DNA of 36,141 bases from a virus (Duplodnaviria > Caudoviricetes), in the IMG/VR virus record IMGVR_UViG_3300026907_000063, positions 1 to 36,141 of that record, one strand, 5' to 3'. The position numbers were made by a program, and so were the translations under genes. Of this stretch, positions 25,633 to 35,826 are shown in pieces (position 1 is the first letter of the stretch; every line of letters starts with the position of its first letter). The notes under the pieces were generated by a model. That model had not been told where the DNA came from. It did not search any database and saw only the letters and a program-made list of their open reading frames with translations.

Positions 25633-27746
25633 TGGCTCGCGTTCCCGATTACAGTGGCCCGCAAGTAGCACGCCGGCAGACTGGCCCGCTGCAGGTGGGC
25701 GGCATTGCACCGGACAACTCCGCTATCGCTCAGGGACTGCAGAGTTTCCAGCGTGGCGCGCAGATCCTGGCCGAGCGTGAACGCGAGAAGGCCGACACCG
25801 CCGCCCTGATGGATGTCGATAATCAGCTTACTCAATGGCAGCAGGACGCCTTCTACAACGACAGCACCGGCGTCTATGCCCGCAAGGGCAAGAACGCTCT
25901 GGACATCACCAACCAGACCCTGGACAGCTTCGACAAGGCTCAGCAGGAGTTCGCCAAGGGACTGACCAACGACCGCCAGCGCGCGCGCTATCAGCAGATC
26001 ATCGCCAGCCGCCGGCAGAGCCTGGCCAACGAACTGAACCGCTACGAATACGGCGAGCGCCAGCGCTACTACGGTGACGTGGAAAAGGGCCAGATCGACA
26101 CCGCCATGCAGGGTGCCGCACTTGGCTATCAGGATCCAAACCAGATCGAGCAGAACCGCGCCAAGATGAATGCCGTGCTGGCCAGCCGCGCCGAGCGCTT
26201 GGGTATGGCTCTGGAAGCCGCGCAGGCGGCGCAGCTGGAAGCCAACAGCGCGCTGTCATCGGCAGTGATCAGTCGCATGCTTGCCGACGACTTCGGCCGT
26301 GCCAAAGGAATGTTCGACGCCTACAAGGAAGGCATGACCGCAGATGACCAGGTGAAGATCAGCAACGCCATCGAGCGCGAGCAGAAACAGCGCGAGATCG
26401 AAGCCAGGCAGATGCAGGCCATTGCCCGTGCCGAACTGTCCAGCCGAGTGAACGATGCGACATCTGCCTATCTGGCCGGCTTCGACTTCGCAGACCCTCC
26501 AACCCGTGACCAGTTCCAGGCGGCCTATGGTGCTGCCGACGGCAACAAGGCGTTCGAGCAGTTCCAACGCACGCAGGAAATCGGCACAGCCATTCGTGGG
26601 CTTGCGACTGCTGATTCTGCTGAGCGTCAGCAGATGATTGCCGAGTTCATGCCGACTCAGAACGGCGTCGCCGGCGAAGGTTTCCAGCGTAACAACCAGC
26701 TCTACGGCACCCTGGTGAACGCCGCCGTCCGCCTTGAGAAGGAACGAGAAACCGACCCAGCAGGCTACGCCTTGCGCTACAGCCCTGAGGTAATGCGCGC
26801 CGCCCAGGCGGCTGACAGTGGTGATCCCGCTGCGGCTGAAGCCTATGCCGCAGCCAGCCTGGCAGAGCAACAGCGTCTTGGCGTTTCCAGCCCGCGTCTA
26901 TTGTCGAACCAGCAGGCGGCCAGCATCGCCGCACAGTTCGCCAATACCGACGACGGCGGCAACAACAGCGCCACGATGATCAGCAGTCTGCAGCAGCAGT
27001 GGGGAAAGAACTGGCCGCTGGTGTTCAAGCAGTTGCAGAACGACCTGCCAGGCTCGGCCATGGTTATCGGTACCGGCTTGGACGGCAACACCGCCGCCAG
27101 GCTGGCTCGCCTTTCCAGCGTCAAGACCGATGAGCTGAAGAAGGGCCTGGACAGCACCAAGCGCAAGGATGCAACGGATGCGTTGAACGAAGGATTCGCA
27201 CCGTTTCGCAACACTCTGGCGGCTCAGGTTGGCGGCGAGCGCACATTTGCGACCCTGTACGGCGAGGCCGAGCGCCTGGCCTACAGCTACATGGCAGAGG
27301 GCGTCGACGCGAAGGATGCAGCCGAACGCGCTATGAAAGCCATGGTGAACGACAAATACACCATCCGTGGCACCTGGCGGGCTCCCATCAGCATGGATGC
27401 CGACCTGATCGAGCGCGGCGCGCGCCTGACTCAGGAATCCATCGACCCTGCCGAACTGCAGTTCGCCGTTCCAAAAGGCGTCAGTGAAGAGTTCGCCCGT
27501 GGTCGCGTCAAGTCAGCCATCGAGAGCGACGGCCAGTGGGTGACCCTTCCAGACGAAAGTGGGCTGGCGCTGTACTACGGCGGTGAGGCTGTGCTCGACA
27601 AGGCAGGAAACCCGGTATCGCGCAGCTTCGAAGAGTTGACCGGTGCGGCTGCCGCGAACCCCAGCGCCTGGCAGCAGGCAAGGGGAGCCAGGGCGGCCGA
27701 GTTTGAAATTCGCCGCAGCATGGCAATTCCGGGGACTAGCCGATGA
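25632..27746 (+). CDS. Internal virion/ejection protein
   Basis: 704 aa, A/Q-rich helical, no Cys; synteny. Confidence 0.75.
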   Translation: MARVPDYSGPQVARRQTGPLQVGGIAPDNSAIAQGLQSFQRGAQILAEREREKADTAALMDVDNQLTQWQQDAFYNDSTGVYARKGKNALDITNQTLDSFDKAQQEFAKGLTNDRQRARYQQIIASRRQSLANELNRYEYGERQRYYGDVEKGQIDTAMQGAALGYQDPNQIEQNRAKMNAVLASRAERLGMALEAAQAAQLEANSALSSAVISRMLADDFGRAKGMFDAYKEGMTADDQVKISNAIEREQKQREIEARQMQAIARAELSSRVNDATSAYLAGFDFADPPTRDQFQAAYGAADGNKAFEQFQRTQEIGTAIRGLATADSAERQQMIAEFMPTQNGVAGEGFQRNNQLYGTLVNAAVRLEKERETDPAGYALRYSPEVMRAAQAADSGDPAAAEAYAAASLAEQQRLGVSSPRLLSNQQAASIAAQFANTDDGGNNSATMISSLQQQWGKNWPLVFKQLQNDLPGSAMVIGTGLDGNTAARLARLSSVKTDELKKGLDSTKRKDATDALNEGFAPFRNTLAAQVGGERTFATLYGEAERLAYSYMAEGVDAKDAAERAMKAMVNDKYTIRGTWRAPISMDADLIERGARLTQESIDPAELQFAVPKGVSEEFARGRVKSAIESDGQWVTLPDESGLALYYGGEAVLDKAGNPVSRSFEELTGAAAANPSAWQQARGARAAEFEIRRSMAIPGTSR

Positions 27747-29482
27747 CCATCTGGACTGACGGGCTGATCAAGCGGCCCGACCGAAATATCCTCGATGACG
27801 TGGTGACCGGCCAGTTCGATGCCGCTGAAGCGTCGCTTGACGATGCGTGGTTTAACAACCCGCTGACATCTGCGCGGCGAATTAACGTACTGTCTCGGGC
27901 AGAGCAGGGGCCGATCATTCGTCCTGCCATGTCCGCGCACGGGTACTCTATCCCGGAGGTTCGCGGAGAGGCGGAAACGCCACTACTCACCGCCGAAGAC
28001 GCACGCGCCCAGGTCAAGGATTCCGGCCTCGATATCAAGATCCCGGACACCGGCATTCGCCAGGGCGCACTGGATATCCTGATCGAGCGCAACCGCGAAC
28101 AGCGTGAGCGCCAGATGGTGCTGGATAATGCGCCGCTGTCGACGCTTCCTGTTCAACTGTTGGCCGGGTTCGCTGCGTCTGCTGTCGATCCGATCAACAT
28201 CGCCGCAGCATTCATCCCGGTAGTGGGCGAGGCGCGCTATGCATCGATGCTGGCCAACGCCACTAGCCGCGCAGCCCGCTTCGGTGTGCGCGCCCGCGTC
28301 GGCGCGCTCCAGGGCGCTGTTGGCGCTGCTGTGGTTGAGCCGCTTCCACTGCTCGCTGCCCAGCAGGATCAGACCGAATACGGCCTATCCGACACGCTGC
28401 TGAATATCGCTTTCGGTGGCGTGCTGGGCGGTGGACTGCACGGTGTTGGCGGACTGATCTCCGACGCCAGGCGCGGCAGCATGCTGATCGACACCGTGTC
28501 GCAGGTCGCAGCAGAGTCTGCACCCGGCGTCACGGCTCGCCGTTCTCCGTTGTCCAGGGCACTTGAGACGGGCGACGATGACCCTATGGTTGCACTGCGC
28601 GAATCGCTTGAGGCCGGCATTGCCGGTGACCGCCAGCAGATCGCACTGAATGCCCAGCGCCAGGCCTACGAAGAGCTGGCGCCGACCATCCGCCAGGAAC
28701 TGGAGCAGGTCGCAGAAGGGCGCCTGGCCAACGTCGCTGACCTGCGCGAAGAGGTTTCCGCCATTGATCGCCGGCTGGCATCGCTCGATGACGAATACCG
28801 CCCATTGGCCAAGCAGTACCAGCAGCAGGGAATGAGCCGCAAGCAGGCTGAGTCCGCCGCCCGCGAAAGCATTGCCACCCAGCGCCAGGAACTAACCGCC
28901 CGCCGTGGTGATATCGACGATGCACTGGAGGGTAACCGCCAGGCCGAGATTGCCCGCGGCGAACTCGCCGCCCTGAACCGTGGCGAGCTGCCGGAACAGT
29001 TCGCCCCTCGCGTTACTGGACGGGCTGACGAGATTGCCAGTGGCTTCGACATTCGTCCGTCCGCGCGTGCCGTTGCAGATGCCGCCCCGTGGTACATCCG
29101 TCAATCCGCTCTGCGCTCTGCTGTTGCCCAAGCTGTTACTGGGCGTGAAGTGGATGTCGAAGCCATCCTAGACCTGAGCGACCCGCTACGCCGTACCGAT
29201 GCGCTGGAGCGCCTGAAACAGCCTCCGCAGCCGCGCACTGATGTTGATGGCCAGGCCGCCAGCTTGCAGGCCGATGAAGCGCTGCGCTTCACCAATGAGA
29301 CAGAGCTGCAGGCCGCCGAACGCCAACTGGCAGACGAACAGGCACTGACCGATGAGGTCGCCGCACAGGCCGATATCGACATCACCCCATTCACCCGCGA
29401 AGCCGACCAGTTCGAAGCCGACGCCAATACCTATGCCGCCGCATTCCGTGCTGCTGCTGTCTGCCAGTTGAGGACACGATGA
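27743..29482 (+). CDS. Internal virion/ejection protein with Gly-rich hydrophobic segment
   Basis: DPINIAAAFIP, AFGGVLGGGLHGVGG, coiled coils; synteny. Confidence 0.75.
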   Translation: MTIWTDGLIKRPDRNILDDVVTGQFDAAEASLDDAWFNNPLTSARRINVLSRAEQGPIIRPAMSAHGYSIPEVRGEAETPLLTAEDARAQVKDSGLDIKIPDTGIRQGALDILIERNREQRERQMVLDNAPLSTLPVQLLAGFAASAVDPINIAAAFIPVVGEARYASMLANATSRAARFGVRARVGALQGAVGAAVVEPLPLLAAQQDQTEYGLSDTLLNIAFGGVLGGGLHGVGGLISDARRGSMLIDTVSQVAAESAPGVTARRSPLSRALETGDDDPMVALRESLEAGIAGDRQQIALNAQRQAYEELAPTIRQELEQVAEGRLANVADLREEVSAIDRRLASLDDEYRPLAKQYQQQGMSRKQAESAARESIATQRQELTARRGDIDDALEGNRQAEIARGELAALNRGELPEQFAPRVTGRADEIASGFDIRPSARAVADAAPWYIRQSALRSAVAQAVTGREVDVEAILDLSDPLRRTDALERLKQPPQPRTDVDGQAASLQADEALRFTNETELQAAERQLADEQALTDEVAAQADIDITPFTREADQFEADANTYAAAFRAAAVCQLRTR

Positions 29483-32028
29483 GCAATCCCTGCATCAATG
29501 CCGTACAGGCCGCCGCCAAGGCAGCCGGCCGCGAACTGACCCTGGAAGAGCTGACCGAGGTTTTCGAAGACATCGACCTACGCATCAAGCAACTGCAGGC
29601 CACCAACGGCATGCTGAGCCTGGAAGATGCCGCCCTACGCGCTGCTGACGAGCTGGGCAACCAGTTGAAGTTGGCCGCGGTGATCGAGAAGCGCAACGCG
29701 CTGATCAACGCCCGTCGCCGGGCTGAGCTGGTCGGCTACATCCGCAACACCTGGGCGGATCGACCAGACCTTGGCCTTGAGTCGTTTCTGGTCGGTACCA
29801 ACGTCGCCCGCGCCGGTGCCCGCCGTTCGGTTGCCGCCGAGCAGAAGCAACTGAGCCAGGCATACACCGCAGGATTCCTGAACGATATCGAGCGCGCCGA
29901 GCTGCTGCCGTTCCTGACCCGTGGCGACAACGATGCCGAGATCGCCGACGCGCTATGGCGCCTGGGCATGGATCGCCCGCTGGATGGCATCAGCGAGCAG
30001 GGTGCGGCCATCGCCCGCATCATGCAGAAGTATCAGGAAGCCAGCCGTATCGACGCAAACAAGGCCGGCGCCTTTATCCGAAAGCTTCCGGGCTACGTTG
30101 TGCGCCAAAGCCATGACCCGCACAAGCTGCAGCGTGCCGGCTTCGCTCAATGGCGCGACGAGATTCTGCCCAAGCTCGATGAACGAACCTTCGACGGTAT
30201 CGACGACCGCGACGCCTTCCTGCTCAATGCATACAACGGACTGGTGTCAGGCGTTCACCTGAAAACCAACGCGCCCGAGCCAACCGGATTCAAAGGCCCG
30301 CGTAACCTGGCCAAGAAGGTCAGCGCCGAACGCGTATTGCATTTCAAGGATGGCGTGGCCTGGAACCAGTACAACCAGGTGTATGGGGCCGGCTCTCTGC
30401 GCGAGGCGTTCCTGGGTGGCCTGGACATGGCCGGAAGCAACACCGGGTTGATGCGGCGCTTGGGTACCAACCCAGAGTCGAACTGGCAGCAGGTGCTGAG
30501 TGACCTCGATCGCGACCTGAGCAGTGATCCGGTAAAGCACAAGGCATTCAAGGATGCCGTGAAGGGGCGCATGGGCAATTACATGGCCGAGGTCGATGGA
30601 TCGTCGCGAATGGCCGTCAACCACACAGCAGCGCGTGTTGCAGCCAATGTTCGCGCCGTTCAGTCCATGGCCAAGCTGGGCGGTGCCGTTATTTCGTCCA
30701 TCACCGATCTACCGGTGGCGGCCAGCGAACTGCGCTATCAGGGCCAGAGCATGCTCAGTTCTATGGGCGGAATGATTCATGGCCTGCTGCAGGGCCGCAA
30801 GGGTGCCGAGCAGCGCGAAATCCTCTCCAGCCTGGGCGTTTTCTTCGATAACGTGCGCGGCGAGGTGGTCAGCCGGTTCAGCGCCGACGACACGCTGGGC
30901 GGCAAGATGAGTAGGGCGCAGAACACCTTCTTCAAGCTGAACGGCCTGCAGTGGTGGACGGATACCATGCGCTCCACTGCCGCGCTGATGATGAGCCACA
31001 ACCTGGCGTACAACCGTGGGCGTGCATGGGACACCATCAGTCCTGATCTGCGCCGCGTGCTGGAGCTGTTCGACATCGACGCCGGCCGCTGGGATCTGCT
31101 GCGCAGCACGCCATCCAGGCTTGCTGATGGCCGTGAATACATGACCACCCAGGGTATCGACGACATTCCAGCCGCCAGCCTGGGTGACTACCTGAAAAGC
31201 CAGGGCCGCACCGTCAACGACACTGCCATTGCCGAGTTGCGTGAGGAACTACGCGGCCAGTTGCGCAGCTACATCACCGACCGGGCCAGCTATGCGGTGA
31301 TCGAGCCGGACGCCAGGACGCGGGGAATCATGCGTCGCGAAACAAAGCCTGGCACGTTTTGGGGCGAGCTTGCGCGCTTTGTCGGCCAGTTCAAGGCATT
31401 CCCGATTGCCATCCTGCAGAAGTCGGTCGGACGCGAGTTGTACGGCAGGGGCTACACCCCGAGCGGGATCGGTTCTCTCCCTGGTGCTGACCTGATCCAG
31501 GCGCTGCGCAATGGCAATGGCGAGAAGCTTGGCTTCGCACAGCTGATGCTGTGGTCAACGCTGTTCGGTTACGGTGCCATGGCCACCAAGGATTTGCTCA
31601 AGGGGCGCGAACCGCGCTCACCGGATGACCCGAAAACATGGGTTGCCGCCATGCTACAGGGCGGCGCCATGGGGCTCTATGGTGACTTTCTGTTCGGCGA
31701 GAACAACCGCTTCGGTGGCGGCGTTATTGGTTCCCTGGCTGGGCCAACTGCTGGTTCTGTGGAGGGAGCCGTCGACCTGTGGTTCCGCCTGCGCGATGGT
31801 GACGATACAGCCGCTGCCACCTTCCGCTATGCCATCAACCACACGCCATTTGCCAACCTGTTCTACGCACGCGCCGCCGCCGACTACCTGTTCCTGTACA
31901 GCGTGCAGGAAGCCCTGAACCCCGGCTACCTGCGCAGGGCAGAGCGGCGCATCGAGAAAGAGAACAACCAGCAGTTCCTGCTGGCCCCATCGCAGAACTA
32001 CCTGGATCCGCTGGGCATAGCTCGCTGA
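29479..32028 (+). CDS. Large internal virion/ejection protein (epsilon15-like)
   Basis: CINAVQAAA start, RVLHFKD, QFKAFP, QGGAMGLYGDFL, QEALNPGYLRR. Confidence 0.8.
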   Translation: MSNPCINAVQAAAKAAGRELTLEELTEVFEDIDLRIKQLQATNGMLSLEDAALRAADELGNQLKLAAVIEKRNALINARRRAELVGYIRNTWADRPDLGLESFLVGTNVARAGARRSVAAEQKQLSQAYTAGFLNDIERAELLPFLTRGDNDAEIADALWRLGMDRPLDGISEQGAAIARIMQKYQEASRIDANKAGAFIRKLPGYVVRQSHDPHKLQRAGFAQWRDEILPKLDERTFDGIDDRDAFLLNAYNGLVSGVHLKTNAPEPTGFKGPRNLAKKVSAERVLHFKDGVAWNQYNQVYGAGSLREAFLGGLDMAGSNTGLMRRLGTNPESNWQQVLSDLDRDLSSDPVKHKAFKDAVKGRMGNYMAEVDGSSRMAVNHTAARVAANVRAVQSMAKLGGAVISSITDLPVAASELRYQGQSMLSSMGGMIHGLLQGRKGAEQREILSSLGVFFDNVRGEVVSRFSADDTLGGKMSRAQNTFFKLNGLQWWTDTMRSTAALMMSHNLAYNRGRAWDTISPDLRRVLELFDIDAGRWDLLRSTPSRLADGREYMTTQGIDDIPAASLGDYLKSQGRTVNDTAIAELREELRGQLRSYITDRASYAVIEPDARTRGIMRRETKPGTFWGELARFVGQFKAFPIAILQKSVGRELYGRGYTPSGIGSLPGADLIQALRNGNGEKLGFAQLMLWSTLFGYGAMATKDLLKGREPRSPDDPKTWVAAMLQGGAMGLYGDFLFGENNRFGGGVIGSLAGPTAGSVEGAVDLWFRLRDGDDTAAATFRYAINHTPFANLFYARAAADYLFLYSVQEALNPGYLRRAERRIEKENNQQFLLAPSQNYLDPLGIAR

Positions 32029-32054
32029 TCGAAACCCCGCACACCCACAACCAG

Positions 32055-32080
32055 AGCCCGGCCAAGCGCCGGGCTTTTTT
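32055..32080 (+). terminator. Intrinsic terminator
   Basis: AGCCCGGC-CAAGC-GCCGGGCT then TTTTT. Confidence 0.85.
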
Positions 32081-32106
32081 ATGCCCGCAGAAAAGGAGTC
32101 ACGACA

Positions 32107-34407
32107 GTGACCGTAGTCAGCACAAACAGTGACGTCACGTACTACCCAAACGGCGTGACAACCCAGTTCCCTGTCGACTTCCGATTCATCGACAAAACCG
32201 ACCTGGTCGTTACTCGAATAAACGCTGAAGGTACAGAGACCACGTTGACGCTAGATATCGACTACACAGTTAGCGGTGGTGGCTCTGCGAGCGGCGGTTC
32301 AGTGCAAACCATCGGCGCACCTCTGACAGGCGGATCGCTCACCATTACCCGTGAGATTGACCCCAACCAGCTTACCGATCTACGCAACCAGGGCGATTTC
32401 TTCGCCGAGGTACATGAGGATGTATTCGACAAGCTGACCATGCTGATTCAACAGGCTTTTCTTGGATTGCGTGGGATGCTCAGCACGGTTCGCGCGCCAT
32501 TCCCTGAGCAAATAAAGCAGCTTCCTAGGGCCATTAATCGAGCCGGAAAGCTGCTTTCCTTCGACATTGACGGAAATCCTATCGTGATGGTTCCTGCCGT
32601 CACTGGCGCAGAAGGCCTGGCGCTTGCGCTGGCGAACCAGGCAGACCCAACGCCGGGCGCTTCGCTGATCGGCTATATGGGGCAGACCCTAGCCCAGCGC
32701 TTTGCCAAGATCCGCTATGTCACCGACTTTTCCACCGTTCAGGCGGCCATCAACAGTGATGCGTCGTTGCTCATTTGGCCCGAGGGAGAGTACGTCGTCA
32801 CCAACGTCGAGCCGCGCAGCTTTCAGACCTGGCAGGGCGTGCACCGTGACAAGGTGATCATGAAGTGGGCGCCGGTAAACGTGCCGACCTTCGGTTACTC
32901 GATGATCCAGTCAGGCAGTGATATCCAGGGCTTCCACATCCGCAGCATGACGTTTATCGGAAACCGCCAGTACCAGACGAGCGAGTCGACTGACAACCAG
33001 GACATGGGCTGCCTGCACCTGCGCGGCGGTTCTGTTATCGACGTGTCGGTCGAAGACTTCGTGATCCGCGACTTCGGCATGCTCAACCTCAAGGGTGACA
33101 ACACGACCTCGGGTCATGGGGTGCTAGTCGGCTCTCGCAACGGTACCGGTAAGAAGATCCGCAATATCAGGTTTGCGCACGGCGAGTTCCGCGACAACTC
33201 GAACGTACCCGGCGTATACGTCAATGGGGAATCGACCTTCAACAATGAAATGAATGGCGTGGTGGTCGAGGATGTCGATTTCTACGTCGATATTCCAACG
33301 GCTATCCAGAACTGCGTTTACATCCTTGGCGATGCGTCGAACATTGCCAGAGGCGTGAAAGTTGATGATGTCCGCTTCCACCTGAGCAAGCCCATCGACT
33401 GCGCGATCGAGTTCAACTGGTGTGAGGGCTTTAAGATCGGTACCTATGAGGTGCGCGCCACCGATACCGGTAGCTGCACGCCCGTGCTGATCCGGGACGG
33501 ATCAGAGTCTGGTTTCATCGGAAAAGGCATCCTGCACAAGTCGGGTACGGGTGGTAATGGCATGGCGGGCATCTCTGTGATGCGTTTCGTACCCGGCACC
33601 GGAACCCAGAAAAGACTGGTTATCGATGGTCTGCACGCTTACAACTGGGGCTATGGTGGAAACGGCGGGACGCTGTTCCTGAGCGGCGGCACATCTGGCG
33701 TTACAGTCCGAGACACCTACATTCAGGGCGATAGCGGTAACTTCATCGACGGCGGCGTGGTGCTCGGTGACGGGGTGAGCGATATCCACCTGGCCATCGA
33801 GTCCTGGGAAAACGTCCTCTACCCTGTGAAGTATGCCGGTGGCGCAACAAACGTGGTGATCGATGGCGGCACAATGCGTAACTGCGGTGACGGTGTAAGC
33901 TCGCTGATCATTTCCAACGCAACCGGTTATGCGGTCACCTACAACCACGTTGGCGGTGTCCGTGTGCTTTCCCGTGTTGCGGGCACTGCCCACTTGGTAG
34001 GTATTGCGTCGACAGTGTCGACAGGTAACCGCGTGGTGGACAACGAGCTTCCGAGCGGCATGCAGCATGTCAATCAGAGCTATCTAACTTCGCAAGCCAC
34101 AATCCGCACCATCGCACCTGGCAACGGTAAAGGCCTGCTGGGCAATCAGTACCAGTTCGCCCAGGGTGCGCTGGCCATCGCCAACGGCGCAAGCTTCATC
34201 CTGGGCCCCAACCTTGACGCGCAAGGGCCGGTTTGCAAGGCAGGAGACTTCGCCCTGTTCACGTATGTCGGTGACGCGCTCGGTGCGACTATCGGTCAGG
34301 GCTATTGTCCTGCGACCGGACAGGCGCGTTGTCGCGTGAGCAACCACACCGGAGCCACGATAAACGTCCCGGCTGGTAACTGGAACGTGCTGATCATCCC
34401 GAGCTGA
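32107..34407 (+). CDS. Tailspike: T7-type tail-fibre anchor plus right-handed beta-helix (putative polysaccharide depolymerase)
   Basis: N-terminal NGVTTQFPVDFRF..DL.V, HEDVFDKLTMLIQQ; GASLIG linker; Gly/Asn/Val-rich beta-repeat body; AAGGAG RBS, GTG start. Confidence 0.85.
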   Translation: MTVVSTNSDVTYYPNGVTTQFPVDFRFIDKTDLVVTRINAEGTETTLTLDIDYTVSGGGSASGGSVQTIGAPLTGGSLTITREIDPNQLTDLRNQGDFFAEVHEDVFDKLTMLIQQAFLGLRGMLSTVRAPFPEQIKQLPRAINRAGKLLSFDIDGNPIVMVPAVTGAEGLALALANQADPTPGASLIGYMGQTLAQRFAKIRYVTDFSTVQAAINSDASLLIWPEGEYVVTNVEPRSFQTWQGVHRDKVIMKWAPVNVPTFGYSMIQSGSDIQGFHIRSMTFIGNRQYQTSESTDNQDMGCLHLRGGSVIDVSVEDFVIRDFGMLNLKGDNTTSGHGVLVGSRNGTGKKIRNIRFAHGEFRDNSNVPGVYVNGESTFNNEMNGVVVEDVDFYVDIPTAIQNCVYILGDASNIARGVKVDDVRFHLSKPIDCAIEFNWCEGFKIGTYEVRATDTGSCTPVLIRDGSESGFIGKGILHKSGTGGNGMAGISVMRFVPGTGTQKRLVIDGLHAYNWGYGGNGGTLFLSGGTSGVTVRDTYIQGDSGNFIDGGVVLGDGVSDIHLAIESWENVLYPVKYAGGATNVVIDGGTMRNCGDGVSSLIISNATGYAVTYNHVGGVRVLSRVAGTAHLVGIASTVSTGNRVVDNELPSGMQHVNQSYLTSQATIRTIAPGNGKGLLGNQYQFAQGALAIANGASFILGPNLDAQGPVCKAGDFALFTYVGDALGATIGQGYCPATGQARCRVSNHTGATINVPAGNWNVLIIPS

Positions 34408-34436
34408 TATTCGGGAGTTCTTCCATCAAGCCATCG

Positions 34437-34460
34437 AAAACCCGCTTCGGCGGTTTTTTT
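34437..34460 (+). terminator. Intrinsic terminator
   Basis: CCGC-TTCG-GCGG then TTTTTTT. Confidence 0.8.
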
Positions 34461-34477
34461 GTGCCTGGAGTAAACCA

Positions 34478-35035
34478 ATGGCTCGAATCTCTGCTGCCCA
34501 AGCGGGTGGCCCGAACGTGCTCGCCTTTTTGGACATGCTGGCCTGGTCTGAGCTGGGGGAGAAGATCCTGGCGCAGTCAGACGATGGCTATAACGTCATC
34601 GTCGGCTCGCTGCCGGGGCGCCTGATCACATTCGACAACTACTCAGCTCACCCTAACCGCTTGGTTCAGTTGCCGCGTTACGGCATCGCGTCGACTGCTG
34701 CTGGCCGGTACCAGTTCCTGTGCCGCACCTGGCGCGCCATCGTCAGGGTCTACGGGTTCAGGGGGCGCTTCATTCCTGAGGCTCAGGATCTGGCGGCGGT
34801 AAAGCTGCTGACCGAGTGCAGAGCGCTGGCGGCGATCCGGGCCGGCCGCATCTCTGATGCCATAGCTCTGGCGGCGCCGATCTGGGCCAGCCTCCCAGGA
34901 GCTGGTTATGGCCAGCGGGAACATGCAGTGGCCAGCCTGCTGGAAATCTACGCCGAGGAGCGCGCTGCCGAGCCGTGCGCCGAGCAGGATCTGGTCGCCA
35001 TGTTCACGGCCTGCGGCGGGAGGATGGCGGCATGA
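34478..35035 (+). CDS. Endolysin, lambda R-like lytic transglycosylase
   Basis: AFLDMLAWSE, DDGYNVIVG, STAAGRYQFL..TW, IWASLPGAGYGQREH. Confidence 0.93.
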   Translation: MARISAAQAGGPNVLAFLDMLAWSELGEKILAQSDDGYNVIVGSLPGRLITFDNYSAHPNRLVQLPRYGIASTAAGRYQFLCRTWRAIVRVYGFRGRFIPEAQDLAAVKLLTECRALAAIRAGRISDAIALAAPIWASLPGAGYGQREHAVASLLEIYAEERAAEPCAEQDLVAMFTACGGRMAA

Positions 35036-35436
35036 CGTGGCTGAAAGTGGTGCCTGCCTGGTGCTGGTGGCTGGTTGCCGTTGTGGTCGTAGGCGCTGGC
35101 CAGCAGATCCGCGTCAACAGTCTGCAGGGTGAACTGACCGCCGAGCGTGACGCACGCATCGAGGACGCCAGCAAGCTCGGCTCCTGCAGAACGACCCGCA
35201 CAACTCTGCTCGGACAGGTTATCGAGCAGAACGGCGCCATGGCGGAACTGCGGGCGGCAGCGGAAGAGCGCACAGCCCGAGCCAGGGAAGTGCAACAGAA
35301 AGCCGAGGGCAAGGCACAGCATGCTGAGCAGCAGGCTTTGACGGTGACGCAAGAGCGCACGCCGGCCGGTGTCGATGCGTGCACAGCAGCCAGCCAGGCA
35401 TTCGACGACGAGCTGAAGCGGGAGCGCGGGCTATGA
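35032..35436 (+). CDS. Rz: Inner-membrane spanin
   Basis: N-terminal TM, coiled-coil periplasmic domain with Cys; ATGA-coupled to endolysin. Confidence 0.82.
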   Translation: MTWLKVVPAWCWWLVAVVVVGAGQQIRVNSLQGELTAERDARIEDASKLGSCRTTRTTLLGQVIEQNGAMAELRAAAEERTARAREVQQKAEGKAQHAEQQALTVTQERTPAGVDACTAASQAFDDELKRERGL

Positions 35437-35792
35437 ACCGTGGTGGTGACCTGACCCTGGGGCGGCCTGTTCGGCGGCGAGAAAACCAGTGCAGGCTGCG
35501 TAATAGCTGGGTTTCAGGGTGGCCTGCTGGACTGACTACCCTGGTGGTGGGAATGCTGCTGAGCGGATGCGCTGGCCGGCTTATAGATGACCCCGAGCCA
35601 CAGGTGGTGCGCGTCGAGGTGCCGGTGCAGGTGCCGTGCAGGACTGAGCGAGTGCAGCGCCCGGCGTTCGCTGTCGATGCGTTGCCGCTGGGCGCTACTA
35701 TCGACGAACAGATGCGCGCCCTGCGTGCAGAGCGCCGGCAGCGCCAGGGGTACGAAGCGAGGCTGGAGGCGGCGAACGAGGTGTGCCAATAA
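35433..35792 (+). CDS. Rz1: Outer-membrane lipoprotein spanin
   Basis: Lipobox LSGC, Pro-rich VEVPVQVPC, terminal Cys; start uncertain. Confidence 0.8.
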   Translation: MNRGGDLTLGRPVRRRENQCRLRNSWVSGWPAGLTTLVVGMLLSGCAGRLIDDPEPQVVRVEVPVQVPCRTERVQRPAFAVDALPLGATIDEQMRALRAERRQRQGYEARLEAANEVCQ

Positions 35793-35815
35793 AAACCCCG
35801 CACTGGGCGGGGCTT
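35791..35815 (-). terminator. Terminator between convergent genes (U-tract on minus strand)
   Basis: AAAAA-CCCCGC-ACTGG-GCGGGG. Confidence 0.7.
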
Positions 35816-35826
35816 CTAGTTAGGAT

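Noticed and set aside
14560..31918. Long antisense and off-frame ORFs (e.g. 17327-18841, 19750-20904, 14560-15558)
   Set aside because: Shadows of well-supported plus-strand genes in high-GC DNA; no motifs or RBS support
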